NCBI GenBank assembly: GCA_010093745.1
Contig: MU006002.1
Location: 1-64,000 of the forward strand
Source of the DNA: Piedraia hortae CBS 480.64
Taxonomy: Eukaryota
Direction: 5' to 3'
Length of the DNA stretch: 64,000 nt
Both the position numbers and the translations under genes were made by a program. Positions 33,451-47,000 of the stretch are shown here, piece after piece. Below the pieces are notes generated by a model. The model saw only the letters and a program-made list of their open reading frames with translations, did not search any database and was not told the origin of the DNA. The stretch's first letter is position 1; the number at the start of each line of letters is the position of its first letter.

Positions 33451-35224
33451 TCTGCCTCTTCAACGGTGAAAAACCACACCCTCCCACCGCGTTCGTAGCC
33501 GTCAACTTCCTCCTCGCACCAAGATCATGCTCGTCATCCAAATCGAACAACGTCCTTCCCAGCCCACCTTTCAATTTCTTCTGCTTCTTTACAACAACCT
33601 TCTTCTCGGCATCGAAACTGGGAATGTCGTGGATGCTTTTGCGGGGTTTTTTGATCTTCTTCCCCCCATCGTCGACCTTTGTGGGGACCTTCTTCGTGGC
33701 GGGGATTGCATTCGCTTGTTCGTTTTCCTTTTCATCTCCCTGTCCATCTCCCTGGTTGTTTCCCTGGTGATCCTGCTCGGGATTATTCTCGGAACCCTCC
33801 TTTGCGGGAACCTTCTTTACGGGGTTTGTCTTCACGGGTCCCTTATTCTGCTCCCCCTCCTCCCCAACCTTCTCAAGAGTCTTGGCAGGACGATTTCCAT
33901 CCCGCTGCGCAAGCGGCTTCATAACATCTTGATCGTCCTCCTCGATAACAGTATTAACCGTCTTGTGCAGGAAAGGGGTCAGAGAGAAGGTTGATTTCTC
34001 ACCCGCCTGTGCATGCCTCTTTTTCCTCTGCAGACCAGGTGTTCCCAGCACGGTAGCTTCCGTCTCAGTAGAAGTAGCAGCTTTCTTATTCTGCTGTTCA
34101 GCGGCTTTCAACTTCTCCTTTGTAGACCGGAGTTTTGTCCGGAATTGATTGAGTTTTTCTTCCAGCAGGGTTTTCTGCGATTCGAGGGATTCGATGCTTT
34201 TTTCGAGACGGAGGTTGGTTTTTTGGGATTGGGAAAGGGTTTGTTGGAGGGTGTGAAGGTCGGATTGGGTTGCGGTGAGGGATTCCTTGGCGGAGGCTAG
34301 TTCTGTGCGGAGGTTGGAAGCTTCGTTGTCGATGGGGGCTGAGGTTTGGCGGGAGGATTTCTCTTGGGCGAGTTGCTGCTTGAGGGCTTCAATTTCCGCC
34401 TCGAGTTTTTGACGGGCTTTCTCGGACTTTTTGAGGCTTTGGCGGAGGTCTTTGGTTTCATTGTCCACGTGTGGCTGCATCTGCTTCTGCTCAGACATCT
34501 CGGCTTGCAGCCTCTGCACCTCCTTCTCAGCATCCAGTCTAGCTTTTCTTTCTTGCTCCAGGTCGGACGCATTTGCCTCCTCTGCACGCTGTCTAGCGCG
34601 CTTCTCCTTCTCCAGCTGCCGACGCAGTTCGTCCATCTGCGCTTCTTGGGCGATTTCAACCCCGGTATTCCTCCTCTTGGCAAGCGCTCTTTGGGCCTCA
34701 CGTTTAGCGTTCTCGACCTCGCACTTTGCTTCTGAAAGTTGCCTCTGCAGGGCCAGCTTCTCAGTCATCAACGACTCCGCCATCTGCGCCTGCCCTTTTA
34801 GGTGCTCGATCTCCGGCCTTAGCATGCTCAACTCACGCGCAAGAGCCAGCTTTTCTGTCACGGCCGCTGTGACGTCCTCTGTGTTCGTTTTTAAAGTTTC
34901 GATTTCCGACGTCGCCATGGCGAGTTCTTGCTTACGCGCTCTGAGTTCTGTTTCCAGTTCGCGCGCGTCCGCTTCGGCCGTCTCTGCGCGCGCGAGGTTC
35001 TCGTTTACCAGCCGCTCAAACGCATCGGCGCGGTCCTCTTCTTGCTGTAACTGCTCGCGGATTTCGTGGTTATCGTCTTCTAGAGTGGCGATGTTGAAGC
35101 GTAACTTCCTGTTTTCTTCGTCTTTGGATAACATTTCCTCTGAATGCACGCTTTGCAGGTATGCTATTTCTAAGGAGGAAGAGTGCTCGTGCATTCGGTA
35201 CACATGCGCGGGTAAAGGTGCCAT
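33419..35224 (-). CDS. Fungal long coiled-coil protein, function uncertain
   Basis: 601-aa ORF rich in heptad repeats, with EKSTFSLTPFL and terminal FSPLKRQRR motifs. Confidence 0.8.
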   Translation of the reverse strand: MAPLPAHVYRMHEHSSSLEIAYLQSVHSEEMLSKDEENRKLRFNIATLEDDNHEIREQLQQEEDRADAFERLVNENLARAETAEADARELETELRARKQELAMATSEIETLKTNTEDVTAAVTEKLALARELSMLRPEIEHLKGQAQMAESLMTEKLALQRQLSEAKCEVENAKREAQRALAKRRNTGVEIAQEAQMDELRRQLEKEKRARQRAEEANASDLEQERKARLDAEKEVQRLQAEMSEQKQMQPHVDNETKDLRQSLKKSEKARQKLEAEIEALKQQLAQEKSSRQTSAPIDNEASNLRTELASAKESLTATQSDLHTLQQTLSQSQKTNLRLEKSIESLESQKTLLEEKLNQFRTKLRSTKEKLKAAEQQNKKAATSTETEATVLGTPGLQRKKRHAQAGEKSTFSLTPFLHKTVNTVIEEDDQDVMKPLAQRDGNRPAKTLEKVGEEGEQNKGPVKTNPVKKVPAKEGSENNPEQDHQGNNQGDGQGDEKENEQANAIPATKKVPTKVDDGGKKIKKPRKSIHDIPSFDAEKKVVVKKQKKLKGGLGRTLFDLDDEHDLGARRKLTATNAVGGCGFSPLKRQRRGLDDTLRG

Positions 35225-35393
35225 GGTGGATGTTCGTGTTGTGACTGTAGCTGTTTTTGTTTACGCTTCGCGACCGGGCAACGCTTGGGGGGCTATATTG
35301 GGATTAGCCTCATCATCCTTGCGGGCTGCTCGGCTAACCTTCCTGTTTGAAGTGCAGGATAGCTGACCGCCAGACGACGTGTTGCTGCACGCG

Positions 35394-36471
35394 ATGAGGT
35401 TCCTACGGCTACTCTTCGCCGGCTTCGTGTCGCAGACGTTGGCCAAGCAGACCCCCGAAGAACGCTTCCAGGAATTCAATTCCAAGCAGCTCTCCGTCGG
35501 CGGGCCCATTAAGCTTAATGATGCCATCTACCAGAAGCTCGTCACCGCACCGCGAGACTACTCGGTGGCTGTCCTCCTCACTGCGCTGGAGCCGCGAATA
35601 GGATGCAACCTCTGCAGCGAGTTCCAGCCCGAATGGGATATGCTAGCGCGGCAGTGGACCAAAGGTGATAGCAAGTCTGAGGGACGACTGGTCTTTGCTA
35701 CTCTGGACTTTAAGGACGGAAGGGCGACTTTTCAGAGCGTGAGTTGTGCTACAAAGGGTGCAGGATGTCCTTCTAACAGCCCAGCTAATGCTTCAAACCG
35801 CCCCGGTGCTGTTCCTCTTCCATCCAACAATAGGACCCAACGCGAAGCCCGACAAAGGCCCCTCGCAGTTTGACTTCACAGGCGGCACAGACAAGGCCGA
35901 GCCCATCCATGCTTGGCTCTCCCGTCAGCTCCCAAATATCCCCCACCCTCCCTTTGTCCGTCCGCCCAACTATGTCAAAACGGCCTTCATAGTGACATCC
36001 GTGTTGGGACTGTTCACTTTTGCTAGCGTTGCCGGGCCATATCTTCTTCCTCTCATACAGAGCAGGAACCTTTGGGCTGCGGTGTCAATCATTGCTGTGC
36101 TTCTCTTCACGTCAGGACACATGTTCAACCACATCCGAAACGTGCCCTACGTAGCCGCTGACGGGAAAGGTGGCATTTCTTACTTTGCCGGTGGGTTCCA
36201 GAGCCAGTTCGGTCTGGAAACGCAGATTATCGCTGCCATCTGTGAGTTTGATGTAATCTTTTGCAGAACCCTACTGATTCGTTGGGTAGATGGAATTTTG
36301 TCCTTTTCGGCCATTTCACTGGCGGTCAAAGTTCCCAGAATGGCAGACGAGAGGGCGCAGAAAGTTGCGGTAGCCGTCTGGGGAGGCGTCATGCTGGGCA
36401 TGTATTCTTTTCTGCTCAACGTTTTCCGCATCAAGAACCAGGGATATCCGTTCTGGTTGCCGCCTTTCTGA
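35394..36471 (+). CDS. Oligosaccharyltransferase subunit OST3/OST6, 2 introns
   Basis: Signal peptide, thioredoxin-like CNLC, LFTSGHMFNHIR, QFGLETQI, KNQGYPFWLPPF. Confidence 0.92.
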
Positions 36472-36496
36472 AGCAGACAGCACAGAAGCTACTAAT

Positions 36497-37329
36497 CTAG
36501 AACCTGCTCCCTATCAACGCCCTTTTTCCTCTTGATTGCAACGAAGTAAGCCTCCTTGGACTCCTTCCTCGAAGAATCCGGCTTCACCCTGTGCACTTTC
36601 TCAAATAGATTTTTCAGTCTCTTCTCAAGCTGTCCATCTTCAGCTCCCTGGTAGAACTTGCATACAAAATGCCCCCCCGGAGCAAGCGAAGTGTAGACAA
36701 ATTCTAACGCTGCGAGGCAGAGTCTCTAGTCCATCAGTCCCAAACGCTGTCAGAGGTATAGATAAGCTCACCATACTCAACGCATGATCCCTGACCCTCG
36801 AGCCCGTCGTGTTCATCATCCTGCGATACGGGTTACTAATGCTCTTGAGCCACGCGCCTTGTACCAGCGGCCAGGGTTCGCACATGTCGCTCAGTACCAC
36901 ATTCACCTCTTCCGTCTCTTGAGTGCCCCCCCCATCCTCCTGCGCATCCGGCCTCCTCAAAAACCTCCTCACTTCCTCTCTTATGTCCGGACTCGTAAAA
37001 TCTCCTTGTAGGGTACTCACACCTCTAGGCGGCTGAGCGGGGATGACATCTATCCCAATCACCCTCCCCCCGGGCGCGGTCCTATTCACAGAGACCTGGC
37101 TCCACGATCCGGGCGCGTATCCCAGATCCACGACCGTCTGTCCCGGCTTGAAAATGTGATATTTGCTGTTGATATCCAGCAGCTTATACGCCGCTCTGGA
37201 TTTTAATCCCGCGAGTTTCGCCGATCGCGCGAACTTGTCGCCCTGTTGTCTTGATATCCATCTTGAGGAGGAGGAAGAGGAGGAGCTGTAGCGTCCAAAC
37301 GAAACCGAGAGTGAAATTGCCGTGCGCAT
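36497..37329 (-). CDS. MRM2: FtsJ/RrmJ-family mitochondrial rRNA methyltransferase, 1 intron
   Basis: KSRAAYKLL, VVDLGYAPGSWSQV, VVLSDM, then an exon with GGHFVCKFYQG and KPDSSRKESKEAY. Confidence 0.88.
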
Positions 37330-37437
37330 TAGAAGAAGTTGTTGTGCTTTTAACACCACCTCCCCCACAACATCTCCTCCCCACAACCTCTTCCTCCTCC
37401 TCCACACCGGAACAAGGAAAAAAAAAAAAAAAGAAGA

Positions 37438-37753
37438 ATGTCCTTCCACTTGCGCACCCTCCCTAAACACCTCCGCCCCCTCACCACCCAATCCCTCGCG
37501 GGCATATCCCCCACCCTCACCTCCTCAATCGGGCATACCCCCCTCCTCCGCCTCACGCACCTCTCGCGCGAAACCGGCTGCACCATCCTAGGCAAATCCG
37601 AGTTCCAGAACCCCGGCGGTAGCGTCAAAGACCGCGCAGCGAAATACCTCGTCTCCCGCGCCGAAGCCCGCGGAGCGCTCCTACCCGGGGGAACCGTCGT
37701 CGAGGGCACGGCGGGGAACACCGGAATCGGCCTCGCACACGTCTGTCGCTCCA
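37438..37753 (+). CDS. Cysteine synthase (PLP-dependent), 5' part; the rest presumably lies in the assembly gap
   Basis: [38 protein letters not shown]. Confidence 0.92.
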
Positions 37754-38733
37754 NNNNNNNNNNNNNNNNNNNNNNNNNNNNNNNNNNNNNNNNNNNNNNN
37801 NNNNNNNNNNNNNNNNNNNNNNNNNNNNNNNNNNNNNNNNNNNNNNNNNNNNNNNNNNNNNNNNNNNNNNNNNNNNNNNNNNNNNNNNNNNNNNNNNNNN
37901 NNNNNNNNNNNNNNNNNNNNNNNNNNNNNNNNNNNNNNNNNNNNNNNNNNNNNNNNNNNNNNNNNNNNNNNNNNNNNNNNNNNNNNNNNNNNNNNNNNNN
38001 NNNNNNNNNNNNNNNNNNNNNNNNNNNNNNNNNNNNNNNNNNNNNNNNNNNNNNNNNNNNNNNNNNNNNNNNNNNNNNNNNNNNNNNNNNNNNNNNNNNN
38101 NNNNNNNNNNNNNNNNNNNNNNNNNNNNNNNNNNNNNNNNNNNNNNNNNNNNNNNNNNNNNNNNNNNNNNNNNNNNNNNNNNNNNNNNNNNNNNNNNNNN
38201 NNNNNNNNNNNNNNNNNNNNNNNNNNNNNNNNNNNNNNNNNNNNNNNNNNNNNNNNNNNNNNNNNNNNNNNNNNNNNNNNNNNNNNNNNNNNNNNNNNNN
38301 NNNNNNNNNNNNNNNNNNNNNNNNNNNNNNNNNNNNNNNNNNNNNNNNNNNNNNNNNNNNNNNNNNNNNNNNNNNNNNNNNNNNNNNNNNNNNNNNNNNN
38401 NNNNNNNNNNNNNNNNNNNNNNNNNNNNNNNNNNNNNNNNNNNNNNNNNNNNNNNNNNNNNNNNNNNNNNNNNNNNNNNNNNNNNNNNNNNNNNNNNNNN
38501 NNNNNNNNNNNNNNNNNNNNNNNNNNNNNNNNNNNNNNNNNNNNNNNNNNNNNNNNNNNNNNNNNNNNNNNNNNNNNNNNNNNNNNNNNNNNNNNNNNNN
38601 NNNNNNNNNNNNNNNNNNNNNNNNNNNNNNNNNNNNNNNNNNNNNNNNNNNNNNNNNNNNNNNNNNNNNNNNNNNNNNNNNNNNNNNNNNNNNNNNNNNN
38701 NNNNNNNNNNNNNNNNNNNNNNNNNNNNNNNNN
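37754..38733. other. Assembly gap (N run)
   Basis: 980 N. Confidence 1.
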
Positions 38734-41039
38734 GAGGGTTCCAAAGGTCAAAAGCATCGAGTTCAGTCCGCCAGTCTCCTGCGTGAAGCAGAACTGGTAA
38801 TGCCCGACTCGGCTGGCCGCGATATACTGCTTGCCCATCCGCTCCATGTGAGCGTCAACGTACGTCCGGAGCTTCCTTTCCCAAAGGGCTATGTTAGCCA
38901 TCAGGCAACCCATTACCGCCCGCTGCGAGCGTAAGCTCGCTCGGCATGGGGCTGTCCTGACGTATGCCACCCCGTCTTGCTGCTTTTGCAACTGTCACCC
39001 ACCACACAGCTTCTTTGGCAGCTCACCGGCGTGTCTGGGAATTTCGCCCCTGCAGATATTGACAGCGTCTGCTCCCAGAACATGGCCTCCTCGCGCCAAT
39101 CTGGTGCATTACAGTTTGTTGCCGAATGGGTCATCGGAAATGCTCGGCCTCAAATGATACAAAGAAAGCAGCCCGTGAAGCTCCTTCGCTGCCCTTGTGG
39201 CCACTCTGGTTGGGATAGTACGCAAACGAAGACGGCTTGGCCGACCAAGGGAAAGTGTCGTCCAGCCAATCCTGTCCACCAGTGCGGTCGAAACACAACC
39301 CAATGACCACATGCTTTGTACGTAAATCCATCGTCCGGCTGCATTTTGCCCTTGACTTTCAGCGTAGGGCCTGCTGTCCCGCGACTAGGCAAAACAAGCA
39401 TATGTCGCCAAGTAGTTGCCTCAAATGCTTGCATTTCAAGTAGTTCACGTCTCTGTTTTGTGCGGCCGAGGCGGCATATTACTACCCCAGCTCATCCAGA
39501 TAACCACTCACCTCCCACACTGGATTTGATTCCCGTCCCGCAGTCGATACCACGAGGCTCCAGCGCTAGTGGCGGTCCGCTCCATTGCCAAGAGCCCCAC
39601 TCCGAATATTTTTGTGTCGGGGTTTTTCCAGTATGCACCGTCATACCCAGTGCGCACCCGCAGAAACCTACACGGACACGGCGCCTGCTGCAAGGCAAGG
39701 ACCCGGCCAGTTTGCAACAAGAGCAGTTAAAGGGAACGAACTGATAGTGTCAGTACACTGAGACGTTAATATTTGTATAGTTATCTATACTGCATACATG
39801 AGGGGACGTTGTTCATGGCCATCACGTGACACATCCTTCGACTAAATCAGTGCTGTGCAAAATTCATCGGGGCTCGAGAGATGGAGTCTCTGGCGATATA
39901 CTTGATTCGATGCCGTATAGAGCTCACTACAAGGCTGATGTAGTGAGCCGTCAATATGCTTGCCATGAAACCTGTCGTAGAATTATTAAAGCCTTGAAGC
40001 TTCTTACGAGGAATTTACGATCAGCAAGTGCAACACTGAATGCAATTCAGTCCAGCTTGCAAGCTCTTTTGACATGACGCATTTGCAAGTCGATCTCGCC
40101 CGCTGCTCGTGGCGAGATTGAGATGGATTCCTCAAGATGAGGAGTGCCAAACCGGGCTCATATTTACAAACACATGTCCCGACGCCGGGAAAAATAAGTC
40201 CAGGGGTCTCCAATGGTACTACCACAACCAGTGCCAGGGCATGCAGCGGCATTACTGGCACATTCAGCGTCCCAGATTGCAGACCCAAGTGACTGGACTT
40301 AGTAATCTGGAACAATTCTTTTCCGACTTTTTAACCGTGGGAAGCTGTCCTCTGAAAGAATAAACAGATATTCAACATGAAGTCACTATGATCGAGACAG
40401 TCAAAAGATATTTGATCCGTCCTGGCTTTCAACCCAAGGACAAACCGCCACCAGTTAATGATCGTTGCGGATAATCCAGCAGCATCAGACATTTGCTCAC
40501 ATACGTGGGACAGTGACTTCTCCTACTGGGCATTTCTGCATAAGCGACGTCAAGTGAAGACGATTAGAACACCCCGACATACAAGAATTCTAGGTCAGTG
40601 GGCCTACTTTCTATGAGATGGCGTTCGCTGGGTTTTCCTGTTCTGTGGCTTCGATCCACATCAAGACATGCCATACGATGCCCTGCGCGGAGCCATGCTC
40701 GGGTATTTTAGGTATATGTGGATGAGCACCAAGGATGATGTCGTGCTTGGGGACTGTGTGCATTGCCGACGTGAAACGTGATGGGCTTGACGGCAGTTGA
40801 AGCGGGCCTTTTTTTTAGCCACCGGAAGTGTGTCGACATGCTCTACTACAAGCGCTCTCGCTACCGCCAAGTTACCTGACAGCAGTCACCAAGATCCTAC
40901 GGCAAGCAATAACTGCCTACTCGCCCTGGTCTCAAGAACCGTCCGGCGTGCGCGCATAAATGACGACAGGAAGCTCACGTATCAGGGTGCAAAATGCGAA
41001 GCACCAAAGTCACCATTACCGCTCCCCAAGTCACCACCA

Positions 41040-41400
41040 AAACTGGTTTTTGGGAGGCTCTATACTCTGTTTACCACGACTTTGTGAAGATGCTGCCTGC
41101 TGAAACATCCAGACGCGTAACCAATGACTCCAGGATGTTCCAGTTCTTTGACAAATGCGTTGGCGCAATTGACGGCTGCCACATATATGTGCATGTTCAG
41201 GGCGAAGAAGTCGCCGAGTGGAGTCGCAAAGGGTTTCTCGCAAAATGTCCTGGCGGCCTGCGACTTTGAAGGCGATTTCACTTACGTCCTGGCGGTATGT
41301 GACTTCGACGGCAACTTTACATACGTTCCGGCGGGCTACAAAGGCTCTGCGAACGACAGTAGGGCCTTGAAAGAAGTAAGGCTTCGAAGTCCCGGCGTCG
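41040..41400 (+). mobile_element. Degenerate PIF/Harbinger DDE transposase fragment
   Basis: FFDKCVGAIDGCHI, SQNVLAACDF...FTYV.AG..GSANDSR; frameshifted, with a short internal duplication. Confidence 0.85.
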
Positions 41401-41599
41401 GGTTTAGATGCCGGGTATGGGAACTTGTTGAGCCCACTGAGGCCTCACTGGGGCTCAACAGAACTCGGAGCTCGCTTTGATGCCGTTTTGAAGGTTCGTT
41501 ACCAGAACTGTTGTCCTCCAGGACGTGTCAAAGAACTCCTCGATCCGCGTTACGCTCAATTGCGTAAAGCCATGCCCTTTCGTCAGTTGGGGCATCGAT

Positions 41600-41720
41600 C
41601 ACAAAGGCCCAATCGCTCCGACGTCTACCTACTAAACGCGATCGAATACGCCACGGGATATTTCTGTTGTTGTGTCGTGCCGACAACATCACTCCCGGCA
41701 CTATGCCTTCTTCTGATGGA
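41600..41720 (+). mobile_element. LTR-retrotransposon integrase core fragment
   Basis: YLLNAIEYATGY resembles the integrase YxLxxIDYxTxW strand. Confidence 0.5.
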
Positions 41721-41869
41721 GGGTGTGTTCTGCGTGTTGGGCGTTAGCATCATCAGCATTACAATTATGTTCGCGGGGCTTTGACTATGGGAATACATCA
41801 ACCCAATACCTATCTCACCAGCCCCACAGATGAACGATGGGTGATTCCGGTGACTCAGATGGGAGTACC

Positions 41870-42370
41870 ATCCCGCACGACGAGAGTATCTTCAACACCC
41901 ATGAAGTGCGGCCTTCTTTTCCTCTAAAAAAAAAAACGCCCCGCCATCTCCAAATGCACTCGGTGAGATGCATACCACGACACAAGGGCGTGCAGCGTTG
42001 CGGCGTGGCTCCCTTCAGCACCCAGCTTCCACGTCCCCAGGAAAGGGAATCATGGTATCAGACTTTCTGACTTCGGGAGGCTCAATACAAGACAGTATCT
42101 CTGACGGACAACAAAGGCTTGTCCCAGCCGCCATTCTTGAATATGGGAAAAGCTGCCATTGGGATTCTGAGCTGTTCGAGCTAGCCTTTTCGCCGGAGTC
42201 GTTCCAGGCGTTATATCTCTTTGATAACACAACGAACCGGTAGATGTACCCAATGCGCGCAACCCGAGTTTGTGTCCCTGCTGGAAGTAGACACCGATGA
42301 TGGCTTTCAACGGCCAAGCCAAAGGGCTCAAGATTGTTCTCCAGGAGCGAGGGCTCTGGCCAACCGATTG
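41870..42370 (+). mobile_element. Degenerate Tc1/IS630-like transposase fragment
   Basis: HDESIF, GKGIMVSDFL, LEYGK, ALYLFDN and KGLKIVLQERGLWP across shifted frames. Confidence 0.75.
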
Positions 42371-43935
42371 CCTGCGGCACCGAAAATACAAGGCCCCAGA
42401 GAACTCATACTGACCTGCCAGTCCGATTCTCTTGCTCAAAAAAACGTGGCGTGGCTGTCTAAGTATAGGTGCCATGGGAGTTGTGTGTGGAACAAGGATT
42501 ACGACCAGGAGTACGGGTCAACTCCCTTGCTTGCCTCCACACAACCAAATGACCAGACTGTTCGTCAGTCTGAACCAGGTGCGGGACGACTGCGCCCGCT
42601 ACCCCGTCAACGGAGGAAACCACGGCCAATTTCCATGGGCACGCCCCAAAGATTTTGACATGGTGTACATAGACGACTTCCAGATCCTCCGCGGCCCACC
42701 GGGTTGGGGGCCCAATGGGATCTGCAACTGGTGCAACACGGTGCTTCAAGCCTGCGTCGGGCGCTGGATCAGATTCAGCCATGGATCAACCCTGGAACCA
42801 TCGTCCACTCGCGTTATACACGCCAATGGTCCCAGCCCTCTCATACGCCAAGTTCCATCGAGAAGTCAACTGGATGGAATACTACCGGGCCAAGGACGAG
42901 AGAACTGCACGTGCAATATCTGTTCCCTCCGCGAGAATGTCACCGCCTCGATGGATGCGGAATCGCCTGTGACGCTCCGGAGGTGCTACTAAGACGCCAT
43001 GGATAATTCTAGCGTATGAAGGACTCGAATACGGTACGGAGTTCACCAAGCGCGTGTACAGATCGCACCAGGTTGTCTACAAAAGAGCCTTTGGAGCAGT
43101 TACTCTGGATATTTTTGTGCGGTGTGGCTTCTGCTGGAATCATATGAAGGGAGGACGCAAGCCCAACAGGGACTCTGCTGACCACCAGGGATGGGGAGAT
43201 GCACCCCCCAATGTCAGCCCAGCCGTGTTGTCGTGGGACCGAATATTCTATATCACGGACGGCATGTTATCGGCTGCAATTCCAACGTCTTCCTGGATTA
43301 CTGGAGACGACAGACCCTTCCCGGAAGCTACTGTCCCTCCTGTGGACCGTGTAAGACCTCGTTCCCTAACATGCCAACCCGCTTGTATACGCCGCTCCTA
43401 AAATGCGGATCTGCTCGACTCGTCCCGCGGCGGCGAGGATGACAGTTGTTGGAAACCCGACACGCGGTTTTACACCTGTATGCTCAAGATCCATCAATGG
43501 TCGACCATTGCTACTCTCCAAGGAAAGAAACGCCCAGATGTCCTTTCCGGGCTCCAAAATGCCAACGTGCACGCGCAACGTGCAATCGTGGAGGCAGATC
43601 TGCGTGGGGATTGTGAAGACGTTGTTTCGCTGAAAGGTTTTTGACATTGAGGGGGAGTCCGAGGAGGAAGTGGCGAGGAAACAAGGGACGAGTATTACGT
43701 ACATCTCATTGACTGGACTTGTCTATCGGGCCGGGAACGAAGATGGAATCGAGTATGATTTGGAGAGAGATATATTCGGTGCGGACGCTGAGACCTTTTT
43801 GGCTCCACACATGCATATCGAAGCTGCTCTTCCCCATTAATTATGCTCGACAGATCCGCCTCAAGAAAGACCTCAAAGTGACACCAACCTTCGAGCTGAA
43901 TAATATATACACTTCAGTATACTACACATTTCCCC

Positions 43936-43960
43936 NNNNNNNNNNNNNNNNNNNNNNNNN
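43936..43960. other. Assembly gap (N run)
   Basis: 25 N. Confidence 1.
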
Positions 43961-44069
43961 CCTCCCTTCCTCCCTCCCATCCCACTCAGACAAAAGAAAA
44001 AAAAAAAAAAAGAGAAAAGAGAAAAACATTGACAAAAACACAAACGCTCAAATCCCTTTCGCATAAACA

Positions 44070-47000
44070 CTAACAAAGCCCGTCCCCCCTTCTCCTCAAC
44101 TCCTTCCCTTCCAGCGTCGCGATCCAAAGACACCTACTCAGCGCTTCCGGCTGGAGTTCAAAATGGGCATACCTCGACGACGCTTCAATCAAATTCAGCA
44201 TAGACTTCACAATTGACGCCGCGCGATGCTGTCTCCCAAAATTAACTAAACAACCATCGTCCCCAACCCGAATCGGCTGCTGCGCGTTGAACGTCAGATC
44301 ATGAGTATAAAGCCCCAGAAAGGGGATACACCCCCCTTCCCTCCCCGACGATTCCATCTCCGCGCGTAGGTTTTTGAAATTCCGCTGCGGGAGACATAGG
44401 GTTTCGAGTTTCGCGAGGGTTGATTTCTCGGCTGCGGGGACAAGGGACCAGGTTTTTTCTAGGTGGGAGAGTTCAGATGATAGGAGACCGAGCGTGAGTT
44501 GGTAGGTTGAGGCGTAGTTGCGTCGGGTCCAGCATGCGGATGCGATGCGGATGAAGTGCGTTATTGTGCTTGCGCGTTCTTCGAGGTTTTCGGTTAGTAT
44601 GCATTCTGATGTGACCCATTTGACGACGAGGTTGAAGCGAGAGACGACAAGGTCGACGCCGGAACAGTCGCCTCGTTTGAGGAATTCGACCCAGTTGTGG
44701 ATCGGGAGGGCGGTAGGGCGCCAGCGGCATTCGATGAGTTCTTTCCAGTCGATTTCGTCGAGGGCATCTTTTTCGATGATGGCGAGTTGGTCCGCGAGGA
44801 CTTCGGCGTCGAAGTTGAGGATGAAGGGCCGGTGGCGGACCATGCGCGCTTGGAGGGTGCCTTTTTCGCGCCGGCTGGCAATGCTTTCGGGCGTGCGGGG
44901 ATGAGGGCTGGCTTTGGGCGTTGCTTCGTCTTCGACGCTGTCGTCGAAGAAGGTTTGGGAGAGTTTTGGGTTGACGACTTGTGGGGGGGAGAGGTCGCTT
45001 AGGCTTTCGTTTTCGTTGAGTAGGAAGGAGCTCTTGGGGTTGGAGGACACTTGTCTCGAAATAGAGCGGATGGCGGGAGTAAAGGGCCGGGCGGAGTCTT
45101 GGGCTGATAGAACGGAACCATTACATGGCCTTCCTTCTAGCCTCAATAGTGCATCCTCAACCCCCTCTGTTTTCTTGCCCTCAGGAAGTTGCGCTAGCTT
45201 GACCACTTCCGCCTTGAATGAAGACCGCAGCTCAGGCTTCGACGTGTGCGCCCAATGGTTGAACGAATTCATAGGCTCTGGCGCTTTGGGATGAGCCATG
45301 TCGCTAGACGGCTGGCAAGAAGAAGCTCGCTTTCTCACGGCTGGCACATCTCGCGATGATCCCGACCGCGCTCGGTCTACCGAGGAACTCCTTACCGGCT
45401 TGGGCACGTTCCCTGTATCGTCCATGATGAGGATCGAACGGCTGCCGGTGGTGACATGGCTGTTAAGTCTTTGCGGAGGCTCAATGTCCTCTTCTTTGCG
45501 TTGCCCCCGCTGGCGACGGTCTGTCGGGCTGGGCAGATCCATCTCGTGAAAGGCGTTTCGATAAAGATGGACAACATAAGCCCCCAGCACGTCAGCGCGA
45601 GGCGGGGTGCGCGGACGCTTGCCGGGAGTGTCAGGTCGCGTCGTCAGGCGTTGGGCGTACCTTTGTGCATCAGCGGACAAGGTGGCGGACTGGTCTTTGG
45701 GTGAGACAGGTCGTCCGTGACGGGAGCCAAGCATCCGTCTGGCATCACCGACCATCCGCTTGGCCGTCGGTTTCTGGTCTCTTGAAGGGGACTGGTTCCT
45801 GCATTGGCTTTGAGTACCCGATGAAGCTGGTCGAGGCATTATCGGTGATGGCTGTAAAAGCAAGCCTCGAACAAGCCCTCCACGGAAGCAGACGGCGTCT
45901 AGGGCGCCCAAAGGGTCATCTTCTGCCGGATCTGTTGTTGAACTATCCGCACGAACGGCATCGGAGAGATTGGAAACCCTCTGGTTGCAGGAACCAGGAA
46001 TGCGGGACGAAGACGGCCGGACGTGCCGCAAAAACGGGACCGAACTTGACAAAACGTACACGCTGGCCTCGCTCAGCGGCGACACGGGGATGCGAGCACG
46101 CGATGCGGCATCGTTCCTACTTCCCGTTGCTAATCTAAAGGGAGTCGATGGCCGGCGGAAATCGCCTCCGCCGCCTGTTATGGGTGGAGGAATGCTTGCG
46201 TCTGACGTGGCAGGCTCTCCACCAGGCTCAATGTCGGCTTCGGGTGATCCATTCGACTGTTCAGGCCAATACAAGGCACATGTCTTACGCCAGCATTTCT
46301 TGAGCTCACCCAATATATTGAGATTTCCACTGCCACCTTCACCTTTGGACAGTCTGCCGGCTAACCCGTTGACCAGACTGCAGAAGCGTTGCCGCAGCTC
46401 CCGGTCGGGGTAGAAGTCGCAACGGAAGAAGTTGAGAATCCAATGTCGGATGGCCACAAACGTTCTGACGCGTACAACACGTCCAGAATCCTTTGAGCTC
46501 GTTACAGCCCATTCCATACGGGCGGCGAGATGATCCAACAACTCGCTTCGGGACATGAAGCCCCGAAAGGCGAGGAAAAAGTCGGAAAGGAGCTCGTAGT
46601 CTAGGGATACAGGCGACGTAATGTGTGCCACCAGCATGGCAGGTGTTGCAGCTAAGATGGCGCCGCTTCGAGGGTCAAACCGTACAAGAGCGGGATTCTT
46701 CGGGTCGGCCTCGATCTCATCGTAGAGATCTGGGGTGATTGCAGGAGGCGGAGGAGGAGCCGAAGCTGGAGCTGCGGATAAAGCTGGAGCTGAACCCGGT
46801 GGCGGCTCGATTTCTATACTCGCCGAAGTCGCATTGCTTTTGATCTGCGACAGGGAAACAGATTTTTTGACCGGAAAGCTTGGCACAGCATTATGGTGGA
46901 GGGTGAACGAAATGGAGCTGCTTGGAGAGTCGGGCGGGCTGGAGATGCCGGCGGCCTGTGGTTTGGAGCCCCAAAGTCCAGCTGCAGGCGGCCAATCCGG

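Noticed and set aside
37350..38991. Long ORFs spanning the N run
   Set aside because: Artefacts of translating through the gap.
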